Origin: a virus
Virus record (IMG/VR): IMGVR_UViG_3300032309_001546
Span: 1-64,000 of that record
Reading direction: 5' to 3' (one strand)
DNA: 64,000 nt
The notes beneath the pieces are model-generated. The model ran no database searches. It saw only the letters and a program-made list of their open reading frames with translations, and had not been told where the DNA came from. The position numbers and the translations under genes are program-made. This document shows positions 58,174 through 64,000 of this stretch, one piece after another (position 1 is the first letter of the stretch; every line of letters begins with the position of its first letter).

Positions 58174-58689
58174 TTACTCCGCGAAACGAGACAGGTCCAA
58201 AGTTCTACGGACCATATGAACACTCTTCTCAATATCTTTTACACCAGGAAAGAACATCCTGTCAAATATTTCTTCAACAAGCTTTGCATCAAAGTCTTTG
58301 CATGAATAAACATCAGCCGTAACAAATCCTTGCTCGGGAAATGTATGAAAAGCAATGTGAGATTCTGCAATCATAGCAATAGTGCTATAGCCATAAGTTT
58401 GTTCAGCACGCTCCTTGAGAGCATTCGAAATAAACTGAGCAGTAGCAGAGTCAGCAAGACCCTCAGCGCCTAAACGCTGAAGGACTCGCTCAAGTTCGCA
58501 CTTGTTATGTGGGAATTCTATAGTAAGTGGAGGAACAATTAATGTCATATCAATTGCATCTACAAGGGCTGAAACAACTTTATGACCCATACTAGGATCA
58601 TTAAGAGGATTTAATCTATCAGTTGATGGGACTGACTTAGCGCCAGCATCATAAATTAAATGTAAACCATTGTATTTGTAGTTAGACAT
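58174..58689 (-). CDS. speD: Pyruvoyl-dependent S-adenosylmethionine decarboxylase-like protein
   Basis: 'GLHLIYD', processing site 'IAESHIAFHTFPE' and 'ADVYSC'. Confidence 0.85.
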   Translation of the reverse strand: MSNYKYNGLHLIYDAGAKSVPSTDRLNPLNDPSMGHKVVSALVDAIDMTLIVPPLTIEFPHNKCELERVLQRLGAEGLADSATAQFISNALKERAEQTYGYSTIAMIAESHIAFHTFPEQGFVTADVYSCKDFDAKLVEEIFDRMFFPGVKDIEKSVHMVRRTLDLSRFAE

Positions 58690-58691
58690 AA

Positions 58692-59585
58692 TTAATCGGA
58701 TCCTTTCTTTTTCTTATCGGTTGTAGAATTCTTCTTTGACTTGCCCTTAGACTTCTTAGACGAAGCTAGCTTTGGAGTTGATTTTGTTTTAGGACTATGG
58801 ACTTTGCCATACTGGACAAATTGATCATCAGTGTCATATATGATTGACAGCTTGTGAGGGAAAGGCTTAGTGAAAATAGTGTCTACTTCACTATAGGTTT
58901 CCTTGACAACATAGATTGTCTCTTTCGTTTCAGTATTATATACTTGTTCAACCATACAGAATGGACCAGCTACTCCCATATGAATATCACAAACTGAATC
59001 CATAACGGTATCTAGTAGTTGCTCACCATCAAGATGGACTGAATCATCATCTGTAGGGTCAAGAAGACCAAGACGACGAGCTAGCGCGTAAGCACCAAGA
59101 GCTGTAGGCTGACCACTGCCTGTGGCCTGGAAAGGCTCAGCCAGTAGGGTAACACAAAGGAATGCGTCTACATGATAAAGATTACCACGATAGCCAACAA
59201 GTAGATTAAGATTGCTAGCTGGTAGTGGATCCATATCATCGGTGCCCCGACCCTTGCTAACCATCTTACTCTGCATACTGGCAGGAATAATCTCGTTAAG
59301 TACGTTGTGGATATAAGCAATATCGCTTACATCATCAGGGCGAACAAGCTCGTAATAAGTATGCTGGAAAAGCTGAGCGTCCTTAAGAACACCAGCGTAA
59401 CCAAACATAATATCATCACGAATAAAAATCTTAGGCTGCTTAAGCATAAAGCCGTAGTCTGCATAACTTACACGGCTATCTGCCTTAAGTAGAACTGACT
59501 TAAGCAATGGATCAAGATCCATATTAGTAGGCATACCAGTTGTTGTATCAATGCCCGTATTTGAATATCCTAGAATGCAAGTCAT
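58692..59585 (-). CDS. Ntn-hydrolase, HslV/proteasome beta-like protease
   Basis: N-terminal M-T-C (Thr nucleophile), 'ADSRVS', 'KIF', 'GYAG' and 'ATGSG...ALGA'. Confidence 0.75.
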   Translation of the reverse strand: MTCILGYSNTGIDTTTGMPTNMDLDPLLKSVLLKADSRVSYADYGFMLKQPKIFIRDDIMFGYAGVLKDAQLFQHTYYELVRPDDVSDIAYIHNVLNEIIPASMQSKMVSKGRGTDDMDPLPASNLNLLVGYRGNLYHVDAFLCVTLLAEPFQATGSGQPTALGAYALARRLGLLDPTDDDSVHLDGEQLLDTVMDSVCDIHMGVAGPFCMVEQVYNTETKETIYVVKETYSEVDTIFTKPFPHKLSIIYDTDDQFVQYGKVHSPKTKSTPKLASSKKSKGKSKKNSTTDKKKKGSD

Positions 59586-59594
59586 TGGACCTCC

Positions 59595-59855
59595 TTATCG
59601 TTTAAAACACACAATAACTTGTCCTGAATCCTTATCATAAAGATATTCGGTAACAGAACACTCTAATAAATCTGCAAGTGATCTTAAAGTAAGATCAAGA
59701 TCCTTAGACCAGATAGAGCGACGGAAATAAAGAGTTGCCTCATTTACTCCATCGTCTATCCGGCTAAGAATAGGCCCATGTGCAATACAGATAGTTTGCA
59801 TCTCTACCACTGCACGCTGGGCTTTGGAATTACTAGCAATTAGTAATTTAGTCAT
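59595..59855 (-). CDS. Hypothetical protein
   Basis: 86-aa ORF, coupled. Confidence 0.5.
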   Translation of the reverse strand: MTKLLIASNSKAQRAVVEMQTICIAHGPILSRIDDGVNEATLYFRRSIWSKDLDLTLRSLADLLECSVTEYLYDKDSGQVIVCFKR

Positions 59856-60060
59856 TTACTTCAATTTCTGTACTGCAGCTATAACATTTACTATTACGAG
59901 CTAAGTAAATATAAGTCAAAAACTTCTTACACCTAGGACAGGTTACTCCATCTTCTTCTGACAAAGTTATAAAGGTCTTAGAGTCTCTTGTGTTATTCCT
60001 CTGAGCATTAAAGGCACGGACCTCATGTTCAGTGTAATCATCTCTATAGCTTCTTCCCAT
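59848..60060 (-). CDS. Small zinc-ribbon protein
   Basis: 'CPRC' ... 'CYSC'. Confidence 0.6.
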   Translation of the reverse strand: MGRSYRDDYTEHEVRAFNAQRNNTRDSKTFITLSEEDGVTCPRCKKFLTYIYLARNSKCYSCSTEIEVND

Positions 60061-60081
60061 AACTGCTAGTAATCCTATATT

Positions 60082-60162
60082 CTATTGGTAATTAACAACA
60101 AAGAAATAAGTTTTCTTTGCAATAGTTTTCATCAATGCTCTTGCAAGCTCAATATCATTCAT
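60082..60162 (-). CDS. 26-aa small ORF not in the ORF track
   Basis: TTTTAGGATTATT-ATG, MNDIELARALMKTIAKKTYFFVVNYQ-TAG; fills the 127-nt gap. Confidence 0.4.
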   Translation of the reverse strand: MNDIELARALMKTIAKKTYFFVVNYQ

Positions 60163-60187
60163 AATAATCCTAAAATAAGATAACAGG

Positions 60188-60490
60188 TTATTCTTGTTTA
60201 GCGCTGCTATAAGCAGTCATCAGTAAACCATAGCCAGCAATATCTTGCCATGGACTTTCGCCAAACGCATCTTTGCTATTTGCTATACGAAACAACTTAT
60301 CAACAATACGAACAGTCACCAAAAGGTCAACATATTGCTCTGGCCGGACGCCATCCGGGTACAAGACCCGAATGACATCACCAGCCTGAGAGAATGCATC
60401 ACCATATGCAGCATTCTTTTGTGAAACGAGGGTTCCTAAAGTCTGCGCTATTGTAAGGATAGTTTCTGAATTCAAGGAGTCGGCGCTCAT
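60188..60490 (-). CDS. DUF1599 / nucleotide-modification-associated domain 1-like protein
   Basis: 'KNAAYGDAF', 'VRIVDKLFRI' and 'ESPWQDIAGY'; start ATG 60490 after a GGAGAG RBS. Confidence 0.7.
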   Translation of the reverse strand: MSADSLNSETILTIAQTLGTLVSQKNAAYGDAFSQAGDVIRVLYPDGVRPEQYVDLLVTVRIVDKLFRIANSKDAFGESPWQDIAGYGLLMTAYSSAKQE

Positions 60491-61142
60491 AATCTCTCCA
60501 ACTAAAAAGGGAATGACTCCAAGGAACATCTCTAAGAGTACTAAGTGTCTGATAGATGATCTTGGTAATTGATCTTATATTGGGACACTCAGCTGTTCCA
60601 TAGGTAAGATCTGAAATCGGAAGAATGATTTCATCTAAATATCGAAGATTGTTTTCTGCACGTGAGTAGACCTTAACTGATCTATCAGTGTCAGTTTCCT
60701 TAATATCAACATGCCAACAAAACGACGAAAAAGGATCTCCTAGTCTAATTGCAGCAAGGTTTCTACCAAGATACTTATTGTATTGATCCTCAGGAGACGT
60801 AATAGCAATACCAAAGTCATAGGAATAAAGTCCTACTTCCTTATAGGCAATACTAATACATCTAGCGTCATAAGCCTCACTGGTAGAGAAACGCATATAG
60901 TTACCAAGAAGAGTGTCGATTAGCTCCAAGTCAGAGTCACTAAGATCTCTGTCGTAAAGGTCTTCGTTGGCAATTTTAAGCAAAGATAGAGCTCTCTGCT
61001 TATCACGTGCAAAAGCCGCCAGAGCCTTAATATGCTTCTCAACAGGCATATCAGCAAAGTCCTTGGGTTCAAGGACTGTAATGTTACGCTCTCTATCAAA
61101 CTCTCTAATAGCTAGCAAGCTAGCAAACTTAACGTCACTCAC
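60399..61142 (-). CDS. Hypothetical phage protein
   Basis: 247 aa; 'GIAITSPEDQYNKYLGRNLAAIR' matches the common phage G.a.csp.D.fnk..Gr.iA..R motif; GGAGAG RBS, GTG start. Confidence 0.6.
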   Translation of the reverse strand: MSDVKFASLLAIREFDRERNITVLEPKDFADMPVEKHIKALAAFARDKQRALSLLKIANEDLYDRDLSDSDLELIDTLLGNYMRFSTSEAYDARCISIAYKEVGLYSYDFGIAITSPEDQYNKYLGRNLAAIRLGDPFSSFCWHVDIKETDTDRSVKVYSRAENNLRYLDEIILPISDLTYGTAECPNIRSITKIIYQTLSTLRDVPWSHSLFSWRDYERRLLEFRNYPYNSADFRNPRFTKECCIW

Positions 61143-61184
61143 AGTAACTCTCCAAATTTAAGGTAATTATAATAGTTCGCTATT

Positions 61185-61457
61185 TTAGATTCCAATTGTC
61201 TTAGATTCTAACTGTCGCTTACGACGACCAAAGAGGCCTAAGCAAGTAAACTCGCTAATTACACCAGCTGCTACTGCCATAAACGACATAGATATATTAG
61301 TTATAAATAGTATGTTAAGAATAGTAACTGCCCCATCAAAGAACAATTCATGTTTAAAACAAAAAGCTTGAATCTTTGCTGGTAACTTAGTAAAAGTATG
61401 GTACGTTGAATAGCCTAATAGGCCTCCAAAAAATAAAGCGCCTAGAATAAGTCCCAT
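61185..61457 (-). CDS. Small multi-pass membrane protein
   Basis: 2-3 hydrophobic segments, basic C-terminus 'GRRKR'. Confidence 0.6.
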   Translation of the reverse strand: MGLILGALFFGGLLGYSTYHTFTKLPAKIQAFCFKHELFFDGAVTILNILFITNISMSFMAVAAGVISEFTCLGLFGRRKRQLESKTIGI

Positions 61458-61473
61458 AAATTAAACCTTTAGT

Positions 61474-61989
61474 TTACTTTCCAGTAGTTGTAAATCGGAA
61501 AGTGGAAGAATTAATGCTAGAAAGATCAGTGAGAAAGGACTCGGCGTAACGACGAGAAATCTCCTTACGCTCATTCTGAGTCCAGACACTAGCAGTGCTA
61601 GGTGAGATACCAGCGAGTGCAGCAGCCACACGGGTTGAATACTTAGTAGACACAGCATGGACTAGTGAACGATGCATAGGATGCACCTTGCCAGTGCGAG
61701 TACGGTACTCACGGGCCTGTACAAGCGTCGTAATGATATTGTCAAAACGACCATCAGTCTTGTTGCGATTGCGAACTAGATTGGTAAGCGCGGTAGTTGA
61801 GATCTTGAGATCTCGGCTAACCTGAGTAGTTGAAATGCCACAGGAACGACCAATGTCTCTTGCACGAATTGCAAAAGTGCTGTTGTTAGTCGTATTGTAA
61901 GTGTCGATATTGCGCCAGTAAGCCGTAATATTGTACTCAGAAGTGGGACGAATATTAGACTGAGTATCTGAATTATTTGTATTTGACAT
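61474..61989 (-). CDS. Multi-HTH DNA-binding protein
   Basis: 'ARDIGRSCGISTTQVSRDL', 'TTQVSRDLKISTTALTNLV' and 'TRVAAALAGISPSTASVW'. Confidence 0.6.
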   Translation of the reverse strand: MSNTNNSDTQSNIRPTSEYNITAYWRNIDTYNTTNNSTFAIRARDIGRSCGISTTQVSRDLKISTTALTNLVRNRNKTDGRFDNIITTLVQAREYRTRTGKVHPMHRSLVHAVSTKYSTRVAAALAGISPSTASVWTQNERKEISRRYAESFLTDLSSINSSTFRFTTTGK

Positions 61990-62003
61990 TTAACATCCTT
62001 GTG

Positions 62004-62639
62004 TTAAGTAGGTAAAGTAGCAATATTAGACAATAATTGCAATGATTCAAAATTTGTTTGCAAGTCAAACTTCTCAGCAGACTTCTTAAAACTAACCAAA
62101 ACGTCTTCGATATTCTCTTCAGCAAAGAATTCTGCGTTCCTTTTCCTATAAATGTAAGGAGTCAGAGGACTGTATTCGCTGAATACAAAAGAATAGTTGA
62201 ACATATTTTGATTAATAATGGTTTGATAATTGATAAATCTACCGTCAAGATAAAAAAGTTTACTATACCCAGTAGACTCAACTAAAAGTTTATTATCTGT
62301 AATAGCTTGTATCGTTATAAGATAGGTATAAAGATCTAAATCAACCAATTGATATTGCACTCTTGTGGAGAAAGTATCATCAGGTAACTGACAGTAACTT
62401 TCAGGACAAGCAAGAATTGCAAAATCTTTAGAGATAGATTGGCGAAAACGTTTATATGTCTGATTGACAACAGGAGTAAGCCCTATATCTTCTAGAGTAC
62501 CTGTCTCAAGGAACACAGTATCCGGAGGTCTAGGCTTTAAGCCAAATACGCCTAAAAAATTACCTGCTGGCCGCGCCTTATACATAACTTTGCCAATGTC
62601 AGACTTGCGAATAGCAGCAACAATCTTTTCAATTTGCAT
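62004..62639 (-). CDS. Hypothetical protein
   Basis: 211-aa ORF with GAGG RBS. Confidence 0.55.
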   Translation of the reverse strand: MQIEKIVAAIRKSDIGKVMYKARPAGNFLGVFGLKPRPPDTVFLETGTLEDIGLTPVVNQTYKRFRQSISKDFAILACPESYCQLPDDTFSTRVQYQLVDLDLYTYLITIQAITDNKLLVESTGYSKLFYLDGRFINYQTIINQNMFNYSFVFSEYSPLTPYIYRKRNAEFFAEENIEDVLVSFKKSAEKFDLQTNFESLQLLSNIATLPT

Positions 62640-62640
62640 T

Positions 62641-63225
62641 TTATTCCTCTAAGTGTTTAGTCGCCTTATTCAATTCGTCTAAACTAGACAAATCAAAAAC
62701 AAAACGTTTAAACATTTTAGTCTTTTTAAAGTTTTTATCTAAAGTTAATATTTTATATTTGCATATGCTATGCTTTTTACTAAGATCAAGAACAATATTC
62801 CTTATAGAATCATAAGTTGCATCGTCTCCATATTTAATATAGTAGACGGTGTTTTCCTCCTCTATAAGGAATACGTTCTTTTTTCTAAAACTCTCGCTTG
62901 GATAAAAGACTATATTATGACCTAATTTAGCATGCAAATAAAAGAATATAGCTAATGTCATTATGGACCCCTCGCTTATGTGGGGACGCTCTGAGGGATT
63001 TTTTGTATATTCTTCTATAGCTGCATAACTATTTAAATCATAATAGTATTTATCTAAGTCTAAAGTATTTAGAGTTTCTGGAAAAGTAATATCTCTAGGA
63101 TCAACTAAAAGTGTATCACTGAAATAATCAGTAATATCTAATACTTGAGTATAGAACCATATTACTATTTGCCAGATAATCTGATCATTAGTCAAGCTGG
63201 GCGTATCTATCTTGCTGACGCTCAA
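62641..63225 (-). CDS. Hypothetical protein
   Basis: 194-aa ORF. Confidence 0.55.
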   Translation of the reverse strand: MSVSKIDTPSLTNDQIIWQIVIWFYTQVLDITDYFSDTLLVDPRDITFPETLNTLDLDKYYYDLNSYAAIEEYTKNPSERPHISEGSIMTLAIFFYLHAKLGHNIVFYPSESFRKKNVFLIEEENTVYYIKYGDDATYDSIRNIVLDLSKKHSICKYKILTLDKNFKKTKMFKRFVFDLSSLDELNKATKHLEE

Positions 63226-63733
63226 ACTGTCTCCTAAGTCTATAATGATTCTTCATATAAGCATATCCACGCTTACCACAATTAATGCCTTGATTATAAT
63301 GGCAAGGCCAGTCTTTATGATAACGCTTCTCTAGATGTCTATATGTATTTATAAACTCTTTAGTTCCACTATATGGATTCTTAAGAAGTTTACAAGTCTC
63401 ATCATATTCCATTTCACGCAATTCTTTATTAGGTAGCCATTTAGGTATCTGTTGATACAGACCGCATTCCCCAGAGTAGCCTATTGCCTCTTTAGTAAAT
63501 CTGCTTTCTTGGTATGCGACGGCTAGAACAATTGCTTTTTCTTCCTTGGATAATTCTTTCTCAATTGAAGTTTTTTCAATTGCATCCGAGATTAAGTATT
63601 TATCTGAATCAGAGATGTATTCATATTTATCCAAGATCCGATATGTGTCTGTTGCCTTTATTGCATCATACTCAATGAAATTTTTCATTGGTGTGATCCA
63701 AAATGACAGCAACATTAGTATTTTCGTAAGCAT
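63188..63733 (-). CDS. SLT-family lytic transglycosylase with a hydrophobic N-terminus
   Basis: 'AVAYQESRF', 'GLYQQ' and 'HYNQG'; AAGGAG RBS. Confidence 0.8.
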   Translation of the reverse strand: MLTKILMLLSFWITPMKNFIEYDAIKATDTYRILDKYEYISDSDKYLISDAIEKTSIEKELSKEEKAIVLAVAYQESRFTKEAIGYSGECGLYQQIPKWLPNKELREMEYDETCKLLKNPYSGTKEFINTYRHLEKRYHKDWPCHYNQGINCGKRGYAYMKNHYRLRRQFERQQDRYAQLD

Positions 63734-63745
63734 TTTCTCCTTGTA

Positions 63746-64000
63746 TTACAATGCGCTAAACAATCCTCCTCCGTTAGAATAGATTACCTTTTTCAAAGGG
63801 TACCAGCTAATGAGCTCTTCGCAGAGCGCACAAGGCTTACTATTCTTAAGTTCAAGAGTGTTAGGTTGAACCCTAACTACATACAGGCTAGCGCCACTAA
63901 GGTCGCTAGTAGGGAATCCATGTAAACATGTCATCTCAGCGTGCATTGTATCTCTTAAACTATTCGGGAAGTTATGCTTTAGGAAGGGTGAACCTTTGAC
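63746..64000 (-). CDS. Cytidine/dCMP deaminase-family protein (5' truncated)
   Basis: 'HAE' ... 'KPCALC' zinc motifs; the frame stays open to the window edge. Confidence 0.8.
   Translation of the reverse strand, partial: VKGSPFLKHNFPNSLRDTMHAEMTCLHGFPTSDLSGASLYVVRVQPNTLELKNSKPCALCEELISWYPLKKVIYSNGGGLFSAL

Noticed and set aside
26387-63782. Short + strand and nested alternate-frame ORFs in the - strand block (e.g. 45160..45522, 46774..47094, 48249..48536)
   Set aside because: Shadows of well-supported genes
1-64000. Stop-codon reassignment
   Set aside because: Conserved genes are intact in code 11, and TAG or TGA end genes right next to the following start (e.g. 657, 20588, 29578, 30323)

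Overview
This window is a gene-dense, AT-rich 64-kb segment of a large (probably jumbo) tailed dsDNA phage with a contractile-tail baseplate. It uses the standard genetic code: TAA, TAG and TGA all end genes. Positions 1-24666 (+ strand) are a late structural/lysis operon: baseplate wedge and J-like genes, large virion and tail-fibre proteins, short receptor-binding-like modules, a CHAP endolysin and a holin-like gene. It meets a - strand block (24736-64000) at a bidirectional terminator (~24685-24723). The - strand block encodes replication and recombination functions (primase-helicase, a two-gene DnaE, RecA, RusA, Cas4-like nucleases, UDG), a sigma-70 factor, nucleotide metabolism (class II RNR, ThyX, dUTPase, GMP reductase/IMPDH, deaminase), PhoH, a MoxR/VWA pair, SpeD, an Ntn protease, a lytic transglycosylase and one tRNA-Asn. 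Most notable: (i) a secreted Cys-rich protein with a MYXO-CTERM-type sorting signal; (ii) a plant-type Whirly protein and a SpoVG with an SSB-like acidic tail near RecA; (iii) DnaE split just before the catalytic PDID motif, with a palm motif present in both halves; (iv) a sigma factor with an eroded region 4.2 plus a separate region-4-like gene. No CRISPR array, integrase, transposase, intein or reverse transcriptase was seen. All family calls come from motifs recognised by eye, not from database searches.
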